Source: Minisyncoccota bacterium (GTDB taxonomy: Bacteria; Patescibacteriota; Minisyncoccia; UBA6257; 2-01-FULL-56-20). From it: 64,000 nt of DNA. The first letter of the stretch is position 1, and every line of letters starts with the position of its first letter. The position numbers were made by a program, and so were the translations under genes. The stretch spans positions 70,498 to 134,497 of the forward strand of contig DATKNL010000012.1 of NCBI GenBank assembly GCA_035541435.1, read 5' to 3'. Under the pieces are notes generated by a model. That model did no database searches, had not been told where the DNA came from, and saw nothing but the letters and a program-made list of their open reading frames with translations. This document shows, one piece after another, positions 9,640-18,327 of this stretch.

Positions 9640-11424
9640 CTACCGCGCGAATGCCCGGGCGCCCTCAAGCACCTCCCCTTCCCCGTTGCCGCTCTGCTCG
9701 CGCCACAGCGCCGAATAGAGCCCGTCGGGATTCCGCAGCAGCTCGGCGTGCGCGCCGCGCTCGATGATCGATCCCTTCTGCAGCACGAAGATCGTATCGG
9801 CGTGCGCGATCGTCGAGAGCCGGTGCGCGATCATGACCGTGATGAGGTCGGGGCGCGACCGGGCGATCTCCTTGATCGTGTCGGTGATGGACCGCTCGGT
9901 GATCGAGTCGAGGCTCGAGGTCGCCTCGTCGAAGATGATGAGGTCGGGCCTGCGCAGGAGCGCCCGCGCGATCGCGAGGCGCTGGCGCTCGCCGCCCGAG
10001 ATCTTGATGCCGCCCTCGCCGATCTTCGTGTCGAGCCCCTTGCCGCCGCGCTCGGCGATGCCCACGACCGAGGCGTTCCGGAGCGCCTCCCAGCAGTCCT
10101 CGTCGGTCGCCGCAGGGTTGACGAACAGCAGGTTCTCGCGGAGCGTCCCCGCGAACAGCTGGGTCTCCTGCGAGACATAGCCGATCGTGCCGCGCAGGGC
10201 GTCGAAGTCGATGCGGCGGCTGTCGGTCCCGTTGATCGTGATGGACCCGCCCGTCGGATGATAGAGGCCCACGAGCAGCTTCACGAGCGTCGTCTTGCCC
10301 GATCCTGAATAGCCGGCAAACGCGACCGTCTCACCGCTCCGGATGGTGAACGAGGCGCCGTTCACCGCGGGGGCGTTGTTGCCGTCATAGCCGAACGAGA
10401 CGTTCTCGAACTCGATGGCCTTCAGGCTTCCGAGCCTCACCGCATCGGCCGGCTTCTCTTCGGGCGCGATATTCAGGATCTCCTCAAGCTTCTCAAGGCT
10501 GCCGCGCGCCTCCTGATATTGCGCCGCCACCGTACCGATGTCGCCGAGCGGCGAGAAGATATAGAAGGAATAGAACCAGAGGCTCAGGAACTCGCCGAGC
10601 GAGACGCGCCCGAGCACGATGAGCCAAAGCATGGCGAACAGGATCGCCGAGCGCATCGCGTTCACGATCGTCCCCTGCGTGAAGCTCAGCTTGCGGATCA
10701 GCTTGAGCTTCGAAAGCTCGAGGCCGAGCACCTTCGTGTTCACCTCGTTGAGCCGCTTCGTCTCCTGCTCCTCGAGGCCGAGGCTCTTCACGAGCTCGAC
10801 GTTCCTGATCGTCTCGGTCGTCGATCCGGCAAGGTTCGCCGATTCGACCACGATGTTCTTCTGCACCGCCTTGATGCGGCGTCCCAAAAAGAACATGGTC
10901 GTTCCGACGATCGGAATGATGAGGAAATAAAGGAGGCCGATAAGCCAATGCACGAAGAACGCATAGACGAGCACGAACAGGATGCCGACGCACGAGACGA
11001 ACACGATGTCGACGAAGCTCAGGATGAGCTGCTGCGCGTCGAGGCGCGCCTTCTGGAGCTTCTGCAGCAGCTCGCCGGACCGCTGGTCCTCGAACACCGA
11101 ATACGGAAGCGAAAAGGAGTGCGACACGCTGTGGGCATAGAGCTCGGTGCCGACGCGCTGGGTCACGACGTTCTCATAATATTGCTGGAAGTTCTTGGCG
11201 ATGCGCGAAACGAGCGCCGCGCCCACCGAAGCGAGCAGCAGGATCCCCACCCCGCGCAGGAAGTCGGCATGCGAAATCGACCCGACCTTCGAGACGTAAT
11301 CGTCAATGATGAGGCGGAAGATCTGAGGATCGAGCAGCGAAAACAGCTGGTTCACCGAAGCGAGGACCAGCGTCAGGCCAAGATATTTCTTATAGCGTCT
11401 TAGATAGTTCCACAATAATTGCAT
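9640..11424 (-). CDS. ABC exporter, fused permease/ATPase (MsbA/MdlB-like)
   Basis: Six TM region; GYSGSGKT, ISGGERQR, IFDEATS, IAHRLST. Confidence 0.93.
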   Translation of the reverse strand: MQLLWNYLRRYKKYLGLTLVLASVNQLFSLLDPQIFRLIIDDYVSKVGSISHADFLRGVGILLLASVGAALVSRIAKNFQQYYENVVTQRVGTELYAHSVSHSFSLPYSVFEDQRSGELLQKLQKARLDAQQLILSFVDIVFVSCVGILFVLVYAFFVHWLIGLLYFLIIPIVGTTMFFLGRRIKAVQKNIVVESANLAGSTTETIRNVELVKSLGLEEQETKRLNEVNTKVLGLELSKLKLIRKLSFTQGTIVNAMRSAILFAMLWLIVLGRVSLGEFLSLWFYSFYIFSPLGDIGTVAAQYQEARGSLEKLEEILNIAPEEKPADAVRLGSLKAIEFENVSFGYDGNNAPAVNGASFTIRSGETVAFAGYSGSGKTTLVKLLVGLYHPTGGSITINGTDSRRIDFDALRGTIGYVSQETQLFAGTLRENLLFVNPAATDEDCWEALRNASVVGIAERGGKGLDTKIGEGGIKISGGERQRLAIARALLRRPDLIIFDEATSSLDSITERSITDTIKEIARSRPDLITVMIAHRLSTIAHADTIFVLQKGSIIERGAHAELLRNPDGLYSALWREQSGNGEGEVLEGARAFAR

Positions 11425-11498
11425 GAGGTTTCAGTATACCAATCCGCGCGGATTTTTGCGACGTGCGGGTGGCGCAAAATCCAGATCTGTGATAGGGT

Positions 11499-11714
11499 AT
11501 GAAGCAGTTATCTTCCTTCGAAGGAGCAGACGTGGACGATTACAACAGCGCCAGGACGTATGGAGGTTTCTACCGAAGGGACCGACCCCCGCGAAAGCCC
11601 CATCCTCGACCGCAGCACGCCACGCAGGACGCAAAAGCGCCGCCCCGCGAATCCGTCGGCGATGAACGGCCGAAGCCGCTTCAAAGCGACCACCGCCTCG
11701 CGAACAGAAACTGA
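11499..11714 (+). CDS. Small hypothetical protein (71 aa)
   Basis: Only ORF filling the gap on +, followed by a terminator hairpin at ~11766-11800; no recognisable motif. Confidence 0.4.
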   Translation: MKQLSSFEGADVDDYNSARTYGGFYRRDRPPRKPHPRPQHATQDAKAPPRESVGDERPKPLQSDHRLANRN

Positions 11715-11796
11715 ATCTTCTTGATTTGCCTCTGAACAGTCGACTAACCCGACTATTCTCCCTTGAATGGCCGTTCCCTCACCGGAACGGCCCTTT

Positions 11797-13860
11797 TTAT
11801 TTCGCCGCAGGCGCCTTTTCGGCCGCCGCAGCGTCCTTGCGCGCCTCCTTCTCGAACTCCCGCGCCTTCACGGCAAGCTCTTTGATCTCGTCGCGCAGGA
11901 TGGCCGCAAGCTCGAAATCGAGCGCCTTCGCCGCATCGCGCATCTCGCGCTGCTTGTCGGCGATGAGCCTCGCGAGCGCCGTCCTGGATTTCGGCACGGG
12001 CCGCGTCTCGAGCTTCAGGATCTCGTCGACGTCGGGCAGGATGTCCGAGATCTTCTTGATGATCGTCGTCGGCGTGATGCCGTGCTCGGCGTTATAGGCG
12101 AGCTGCAGGGTCCGGCGGCGATCGGTCTCCTTCGCCGCGCGCTCGATCGATCCCGTCACCTGGTCGGCATACATGAGCACTTCGCCCTGCGCGTTGCGTG
12201 CCGCGCGGCCGATCGTCTGGATGAGCGACACCTCGCTGCGCAGGAACCCCTCCTTGTCGGCATCGAGGATCGCGACGAGCGACACCTCGGGAAGGTCGAG
12301 CCCTTCGCGCAGCAGGTTCACGCCCACGAGCACGTCGACCTTCCCCTTGCGGAGGTCGGTCAGGATCCTGATGCGGTCGAGCGTCTTCACGTCGCTGTGC
12401 AGATAGGTCACCTTCACCTTCTTCTCCTCGAGGTACGAGGCGAGGTCCTCGGCCATGCGCTTCGTGAGCGTCGTCACGAGCACGCGCTCCCTCTTCGCAA
12501 CGCGCTCCTCGATGCGCGGGATGAGGTCCTCGACCTGTCCGCGCGCCGGCTTGATCGTGATCCGCGGATCGACGAGCCCCGTCGGGCGGATGATCTGCTC
12601 GACGGTCTGCCCGCCGTGCGCCGGATCGCTTTCCTCGCGCTCATAGGGGCCCGGCGTCGCCGACGTGTAGATCACCTGGCCGATGCGCGCCTCGAACTCC
12701 TCGAACCGCAGGGGCCGGTTGTCGATGGCGGACGGCAGGCGGAACCCGTACTCGACGAGCGTCTTCTTGCGCGCGGCATCGCCGTTGTACATGCCCTGGA
12801 GCTGCGGCACCGTCATGTGCGACTCGTCGATGACCGTCAGGAATTCGGGACGGCCCTTCTCGTCGTGCGGGAAATAGTCGAGGAGCGTCGCCGGCGGCTC
12901 GCCCGCGGCCCGTCCCGAAAGGTGCCGCGAATAGTTCTCGATGCCGTGGCAGTACCCGACCTCGCGCATCATGGCGATGTCGAACTTCGTGCGGCGCTCG
13001 AGCCGCTCCGCCTCGAGGAACTTCTTCTCTTTGTCGAACTTCGCGAGCTGCTCCTTGAGCTCGGCCTGGATAGCGACGATCGCCCGCTCGCGCTCCGGGG
13101 CCTCGGTGATGAAGTGCTTCGCCGGCGCGAACGTGATGTCGGGGATCTTCGGCGTCTTGCCGGGCCTGAACCCGACGACGGGATCCACCTCATAGATCTC
13201 CCGGATCACCCCGCCCAGGACCTCGATCGTATACACGATCTCGCGGTCCGCGGGCATGATCTCCCAATTCTCTCCGCGCAGGCGGTACGTGCCGCGCTTG
13301 AGGTCGGCGTTCGTGCGGTTGAACTGCAGCTCGACGAGCCGGCGCGAGAACTCCTTGCGTTCGATGCGGTCCCCGACCTTGAAGTGGAAGATGTTCTGCC
13401 GATAGACATCGGGGGCGCCGAGGCCATAGATGCACGACACCGACGCGACGATGATCACGTCGCGCCGCGTGAGGAGCGCCGTCGTCGCCGCGTGGCGCAG
13501 CTTGTCGATCTCGTCGTTGATGAGCGCCTCTTTGTCGATATAGGTGTCGCTCGACGGGATGTAGGCTTCGGGCTGGTAATAGTCGTAATACGAGACGAAA
13601 TAGTTCACCGAGTTGTTCGGGAACAGTTCGCGGAACTCGTTGCAGAGCTGCGCGGCGAGCGTCTTGTTGTGCGCGATGACGAGCGTCGGCCTCTGCACGC
13701 CCGCGATCACGTTCGCAATGGTGAAGGTCTTGCCCGAGCCCGTGACGCCGAGCAGCGTCTGCGCGGGCATGCCCCGCTCGACGCCTTTCGCGAGCGCCGC
13801 GATCGCCTTGGGCTGATCGCCCGCCGGCTTATTGGATGAGATGATTTCGAATTTTGACAT
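11797..13860 (-). CDS. uvrB: Excinuclease ABC subunit B
   Basis: 'GDQP.AI', 'GVTGSGKT', 'YYDYYQPEAY', 'DESH', 'LLREGLD.PEV', C-terminal UVR. Confidence 0.98.
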   Translation of the reverse strand: MSKFEIISSNKPAGDQPKAIAALAKGVERGMPAQTLLGVTGSGKTFTIANVIAGVQRPTLVIAHNKTLAAQLCNEFRELFPNNSVNYFVSYYDYYQPEAYIPSSDTYIDKEALINDEIDKLRHAATTALLTRRDVIIVASVSCIYGLGAPDVYRQNIFHFKVGDRIERKEFSRRLVELQFNRTNADLKRGTYRLRGENWEIMPADREIVYTIEVLGGVIREIYEVDPVVGFRPGKTPKIPDITFAPAKHFITEAPERERAIVAIQAELKEQLAKFDKEKKFLEAERLERRTKFDIAMMREVGYCHGIENYSRHLSGRAAGEPPATLLDYFPHDEKGRPEFLTVIDESHMTVPQLQGMYNGDAARKKTLVEYGFRLPSAIDNRPLRFEEFEARIGQVIYTSATPGPYEREESDPAHGGQTVEQIIRPTGLVDPRITIKPARGQVEDLIPRIEERVAKRERVLVTTLTKRMAEDLASYLEEKKVKVTYLHSDVKTLDRIRILTDLRKGKVDVLVGVNLLREGLDLPEVSLVAILDADKEGFLRSEVSLIQTIGRAARNAQGEVLMYADQVTGSIERAAKETDRRRTLQLAYNAEHGITPTTIIKKISDILPDVDEILKLETRPVPKSRTALARLIADKQREMRDAAKALDFELAAILRDEIKELAVKAREFEKEARKDAAAAEKAPAAK

Positions 13861-14085
13861 GATGGTTGGCGTGGAAGATCGCAGGAAGGCCCCGAGGGCC
13901 TTGCCCTAAGGGGTATCGTTTCCTTCTCTTTCAGCCACTATTATACCGCAAATCGCGACAAAAGAAAAACCGCTTTCCGACCTCACCGGAAAACGGCCTT
14001 TCTCGTAATTACTTACAAGATTCATTATAGCACGCCCGAAGCGGACGGGTGTGGATAGAATCTGGATTCCAAAAACGCCCGATTT

Positions 14086-14757
14086 TCAGGCATTCGGGAG
14101 ACGCGCGAGCACCTTGGTCAGCGGGCACAGCTCGTGCTTGTGCGGCCGGGCCACGCAATAGGCGCGTCCGTAGTCGATGATCATATAGGTGGCCCTGAAC
14201 CAGTCCTTTTTCGGAATGATCGCCATGAGGTCCCGCTCGATCTTGACCGGATCGGATTCCCGGCTCAACCCGAGGACGTTCGACAGGCGCTTCACGTGCG
14301 TGTCGACGGCGATCCCCTCGACGACGCCATAGGCGTTCCCTAAGATGACGTTCGCCGACTTGCGGCCCACGCCGGGGATCTTCGTCATCTCCTCCATGGT
14401 CTTCGGCAGCACGCCGTGATGCTTCGTCTTCACCACGTTCGCGGCGGCAAGGATGTTCTTCGTCTTCGCGCGATAGAAGCCGCAGGCATGGATGTCCTTC
14501 TCGAACCCCCTGATCCCCTTCGCCGACTTCGACGCCCTCACATAGGCTTCGAGGTTCGGGTATTTCTTGAAAAGCGCGGGGGTGACCTGGTTCACCTTCT
14601 TGTCGGTGCACTGCGCCGACAGCTGCACGGCCACCAGAAGCTCCCACGCGTTGCCGAAATTCAGCGCGATCTCGGCTTTCGGGAAAAGCCTTGCGAGCGT
14701 TTTGGATATGGCCCGCCAGCGCTTCCTGAGCCGCGGAAGGTCCTTAGGCGAATTCAT
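14086..14757 (-). CDS. nth: Endonuclease III (HhH-GPD glycosylase)
   Basis: 'LLVAVQLSAQCTDKKVN', HhH 'IPGVGRKSANV', 'VDTHV.R'. True start ATG 14757; the track's 590-aa ORF is a spurious extension. Confidence 0.93.
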   Translation of the reverse strand: MNSPKDLPRLRKRWRAISKTLARLFPKAEIALNFGNAWELLVAVQLSAQCTDKKVNQVTPALFKKYPNLEAYVRASKSAKGIRGFEKDIHACGFYRAKTKNILAAANVVKTKHHGVLPKTMEEMTKIPGVGRKSANVILGNAYGVVEGIAVDTHVKRLSNVLGLSRESDPVKIERDLMAIIPKKDWFRATYMIIDYGRAYCVARPHKHELCPLTKVLARLPNA

Positions 14758-14764
14758 AGCAATG

Positions 14765-14772
14765 ATTATAAT
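14765..14772. promoter_or_regulatory. Palindromic ATTATAAT giving TATAAT on both strands (bidirectional -10 for nth and mpg)
   Basis: 24-bp intergenic gap; TATAAT(+) 14767-14772 is 9 nt before the mpg ATG; TATAAT(-) 14770-14765 is 7 nt before the nth ATG. Confidence 0.7.
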
Positions 14773-14781
14773 GAAAAAATC

Positions 14782-15357
14782 ATGAAAAGAATATTGACAA
14801 AAGCGTTCTTCGATCGGCCGGCCGTCGACGTGGCGCGCGACCTCATCGGCGCCTATGTCGTGCGCCGCCATCGCGGGCGCACGCTCGCGGTCATGATCAC
14901 CGAGACCGAGGCCTATGACGGGCCGCGCGACCGCGCATCGCACGCCCATCGCGGCCTCACGCCGCGCACCAGGCCGATGTTCGGGCCGGCAGGCGTCCTC
15001 TATGTCTATTTCACCTATGGCATGCACTGGCTCATGAACGTCGTCACCGGCCCCGAAGGCTATCCCGCGGCCGTCCTCATACGGGCCGGACGCTTCGCGG
15101 ATCCGAAAACGGGCGCCGTTCGCGAGCTCAAGGGCCCCGCGCTTCTCGCCCGCTATCTTCATATCGACGGGTCCGCGAGCGGCAGGAAGGCAGCCCGCCC
15201 TACCGGCATCTGGTTCGAAGACCGGGGCGTCCGCATCGCGCGAAGCGCCATAAGTGCCTCGCGGCGCATCGGCGTCGACTATGCCGGACCGACCTGGTCG
15301 CGCAAGCCTTATAATTTCAGACTTTCCCAAAATATTGACTTTTTGTGCAAAAAGTGA
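14782..15357 (+). CDS. mpg: DNA-3-methyladenine glycosylase (MPG/AAG family)
   Basis: 'FFDRPAVDVARDLIG', 'ETEAY', 'YVYFTYGMHW..NVV', 'AVLIRA', 'GPA.L', 'RIGV'. Confidence 0.93.
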   Translation: MKRILTKAFFDRPAVDVARDLIGAYVVRRHRGRTLAVMITETEAYDGPRDRASHAHRGLTPRTRPMFGPAGVLYVYFTYGMHWLMNVVTGPEGYPAAVLIRAGRFADPKTGAVRELKGPALLARYLHIDGSASGRKAARPTGIWFEDRGVRIARSAISASRRIGVDYAGPTWSRKPYNFRLSQNIDFLCKK

Positions 15358-15402
15358 TATAAATGAACGTAGAACGCCATCTTTACCAAAGGGAGAAGAG
15401 CT

Positions 15403-15870
15403 TTGACAAGGAAACGGATCGCGCGGAAAACGTTTTTGCAGTTGGCCATCGAGGTGCGCATGATGCGGGGCTCGGGTGTCCTCATCAGCAAGACTATCGA
15501 GCACACGCTTGATGAAAACGGCATAAACGACGGATTTGAACGCCTGGTGCTCCAGCGGGAACTCACCCATGAGGTAACCTGCAACCAGGTTGATTTCACC
15601 GAGGACGAGCTGCCAAGGAATCCCGACGAACGCTTCGACTTCATGGTACGGTGGGCGGGCGTGCTTCATAAGTACCGCTATCCCGGACGGAACGGCCTCA
15701 CGTCGTTCCTCAGCGCCGTGCATCGGACCATGTGGCAGTTCAACGTGCCGGCGACGGAGCAGATAAAGACAAGGTCGCGGATCTGCAGCGCTTTGCAGAA
15801 ACATAGCGTCGCACGAAGGAAAAAGAACGACGAGACCGATCGCTTCAATGCGATCCAAGCCAGCATGTGA
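15403..15870 (+). CDS. Hypothetical protein (155 aa), stand-alone unit
   Basis: TTGACT-17-TATAAA promoter 15335-15363, purine-rich RBS, TTG start, terminator ~15875-15910. Confidence 0.7.
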   Translation: MTRKRIARKTFLQLAIEVRMMRGSGVLISKTIEHTLDENGINDGFERLVLQRELTHEVTCNQVDFTEDELPRNPDERFDFMVRWAGVLHKYRYPGRNGLTSFLSAVHRTMWQFNVPATEQIKTRSRICSALQKHSVARRKKNDETDRFNAIQASM

Positions 15871-15928
15871 TCACCCCCCCGCCCAGGGAATACCAGGCGG
15901 GGGTTTTTCTTGCCCGCATCCCCTCCTT

Positions 15929-16456
15929 TCAGAATCCGTCCCGCACGCGGCGGCGCGAGAAGCGGATCCCGCCGGGGAAAAATTCGATCTGATCGGCGCC
16001 TTCGTTGATGAACCCGATGCCCCGTCCGCTCGTCGCGAGCGGTTTCTCGCTGAAGTCCCTCACCGCCTGGGCGACGTCGTCTTCGGTCGGCAGAAACCGG
16101 CCCTGGTCGACGACCGTGACCTCGGCTTCGTCGGGCGCGAAGCGGAACGTGACGTCGACGTGACGCTTGGATTTCTCGCCCGCTTCTGCCTCGTGGATGC
16201 GCTGCGAGATGTGCTGGTCGTCCGGACTTTCCTTCGCGACCTCAAGATTGCCGTGCACGATGGCGTTCGTCACGGCTTCGCGGATGGCGAGAAGAAACGG
16301 CGCCGATTCGTCCTCGGTCCATCCGAGATCGGCGAGATGCCGTTCGGCAAGCTGCTCCACCTCGTTGACGGTCTCGCTGCGGCTTTCGAGCAAAAATGCG
16401 GCCTCAAAAACGCCTCCTTTTTCCTTTTTCCCGCTGTCTGGATGTTCGAACGGCAT
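15929..16456 (-). CDS. RsbW-like anti-sigma factor / Ser-Thr kinase (HATPase_c_2)
   Basis: 'LAIREAVTNAIVHGN', 'V.DQG..F', 'SGRGI.FI....D.I'. Confidence 0.85.
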   Translation of the reverse strand: MPFEHPDSGKKEKGGVFEAAFLLESRSETVNEVEQLAERHLADLGWTEDESAPFLLAIREAVTNAIVHGNLEVAKESPDDQHISQRIHEAEAGEKSKRHVDVTFRFAPDEAEVTVVDQGRFLPTEDDVAQAVRDFSEKPLATSGRGIGFINEGADQIEFFPGGIRFSRRRVRDGF

Positions 16457-16472
16457 GCGAGTGGTCGTGCTG

Positions 16473-16973
16473 CTAATGGATCGGGGCCGATGGGGCCGTC
16501 GACGACGCGAAGACGACCGGCACCGCGAACGATTCGTCGCGCGCTGGATCGCCCGAAGGGTTGTCCTTGGAAAACACGATCGAGCCGGTCGCCGTCGCGG
16601 GCGCCCGGAACGAGACCGACGCCGAGAACGGGACGGTCCCCGTCGACATCCAGTCCGCCGTCGCGCGCGCCTGTCCCTCGCCGATCATGGCACCCGTCGC
16701 GTCGAGCACCTTCACGGGGAACGTGGCCTCGAAAAACCATCCGCCGCCGGTGACGGTCCCTGCGATCGAGACGGGCGAAGCGACCGATGCGCCGGCCTGG
16801 GGGATCGTGACCGCGACGTGGCCGTCCAGCGACAGCGCGACGGTCGATGTGGCGCCGAACGAAGGCCCCGGCGCGGGCGTCGCCGGTTTGGGATTATAGA
16901 AGATGAGCACGCCAAGCAGGGCCACGATGATGACCGCAAGCACGACGACGAGCGCCTTGAGTCCCCGGTTCAT
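16473..16973 (-). CDS. Membrane-anchored Gmad2-type immunoglobulin-like protein
   Basis: N-terminal TM; 'SPVSIAG...GGWFFEATFPV.VLD..G..I..G.A.A..DWM....VPF...F...G......DNPSG'. Confidence 0.82.
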   Translation of the reverse strand: MNRGLKALVVVLAVIIVALLGVLIFYNPKPATPAPGPSFGATSTVALSLDGHVAVTIPQAGASVASPVSIAGTVTGGGWFFEATFPVKVLDATGAMIGEGQARATADWMSTGTVPFSASVSFRAPATATGSIVFSKDNPSGDPARDESFAVPVVFASSTAPSAPIH

Positions 16974-16979
16974 GGCAGG

Positions 16980-17249
16980 TCAGCGGATCGCCCCCTCGCG
17001 GCGGAGGATCTCGATCTTTTTCGGCGTCCCGCTCGCATAGCCGCCGACCGTCCCGTCGGAGCGGACCACGCGGTGGCACGGCACGCGCTTCGTGTCGGGA
17101 TTGTTGTGCATGATGTTGCCGACCGCCCGGGCGGCGCGAGGGCTGCCCGCGCGGCGCGCGACTTCGGCATAGGTCATGGTGCTGCCACGCGGGATCGCGG
17201 CCACCACGTCATAGACCCGCTCGGTGAACGACTTCATATTCTTCATCAT
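16980..17249 (-). CDS. ogt: Methylated-DNA-protein-cysteine methyltransferase, minimal form
   Basis: 'IPRG...TY.EVA...G.P.AARAVG', active-site 'VPCHRVV'. Confidence 0.9.
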   Translation of the reverse strand: MMKNMKSFTERVYDVVAAIPRGSTMTYAEVARRAGSPRAARAVGNIMHNNPDTKRVPCHRVVRSDGTVGGYASGTPKKIEILRREGAIR

Positions 17250-17318
17250 GCCATCATTATATCAGACCGCCCGGGACAGCAAAAAGCCGCAGCGTGGTTC
17301 CGCTGCGGCATCGGCGAT

Positions 17319-17528
17319 TTAACGGCCTTTTCTCGGACCCATCCGCCGGGCAAGCTCTATTTCAAGCTCGCGGGCGACGAGGTCGAGGGTCACTCCCGGC
17401 AGGACTTGCTGCCTGTTATCATGGTTACGTTTGACGATCGCGTGGACCGCGGCTTCGAACTGCGTCGGCGTGAGGCCCGGATAACGCTGCTCGGCGATGC
17501 TCAGGCACAGTTGGCCCCATTCCTTCAT
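17319..17528 (-). CDS. Small hypothetical protein (69 aa)
   Basis: ATG 17528 with GAAAGGA RBS, TATCAT -10 upstream, terminator 17281-17309. Confidence 0.6.
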   Translation of the reverse strand: MKEWGQLCLSIAEQRYPGLTPTQFEAAVHAIVKRNHDNRQQVLPGVTLDLVARELEIELARRMGPRKGR

Positions 17529-17643
17529 GAAAGCAGGTTCCTTTCTCAAAAGCTCCGCCTATGATACTGGATTTGATCGAAAACCGCAAATGATGTATCA
17601 TGTACGGCGGTACGTTACCATATCTTGGAGGAACAAACGCCGC

Positions 17644-18231
17644 ATGTCGGGAACCCTTACCATCCACGACGAACTGACGATCGAAATGCTCATCAAAGCC
17701 GGAGTCCTCACGGACACCGACTACAAATCGCTGCCGCTTGAAAACGGAACGGCGCTCATCGCCTGCTCCGACGGCGACCGGTTCTATGATACCTTCCTGC
17801 ATCACGCCCATCTTCAGGTCAATCAGCTCAATCGCAAGACCCGTTCGGAGCCGCGCGTTCACACGTTCGCCTGGCACGGCGGCATTCTCGCCTGCGTGCC
17901 CGACTCGCCTGTCAACAACCATCCGAAGGCGGCCGAGGTGTTCCTGGATCAGATCAGGGACGCGCGTCGCATCGTCAAGAAGGACATCGATGTCTTCGCC
18001 CCGCACTCGCATTTCCCCTGTACGGCGGCCGCGAATGCCGACCTCGACATTCCGAAAATCCTCGCACTTCACGCCCGAGGCAAAGAAGAGCTTATGAACC
18101 TCGGCCTTTCGCTCAAGGTTCCCTGCTATTTTCACGTCGATTACCAAAGGAACAAGAAGCGCACCTATCAGATCAACTGGGACCGCTGGAACATCTGGTC
18201 CCGCGAGCAGATGACCCTCGTCGCAGCGTGA
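17644..18231 (+). CDS. Hypothetical protein with beta-carbonic-anhydrase-like metal ligands
   Basis: C-x-D ('IACSDGD') ... 'HGG' ... H-x-x-C ('HSHFPC'); GGAGG RBS; own terminator ~18268-18300. Confidence 0.6.
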   Translation: MSGTLTIHDELTIEMLIKAGVLTDTDYKSLPLENGTALIACSDGDRFYDTFLHHAHLQVNQLNRKTRSEPRVHTFAWHGGILACVPDSPVNNHPKAAEVFLDQIRDARRIVKKDIDVFAPHSHFPCTAAANADLDIPKILALHARGKEELMNLGLSLKVPCYFHVDYQRNKKRTYQINWDRWNIWSREQMTLVAA

Positions 18232-18327
18232 TTCCTCCTTCCGCTCTCTCCTGAGCGATTAGCAACACCCCGCATGGCTGGTCCATTGCGGGGCTTTTTT
18301 ATCCCTTTTTAATAAATGAAGAAATCC

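Noticed and set aside
14758-15858. 590-aa 'fusion' N-terminal to Nth
   Set aside because: The extension is antisense to mpg and the next gene; the real start is ATG 14757.
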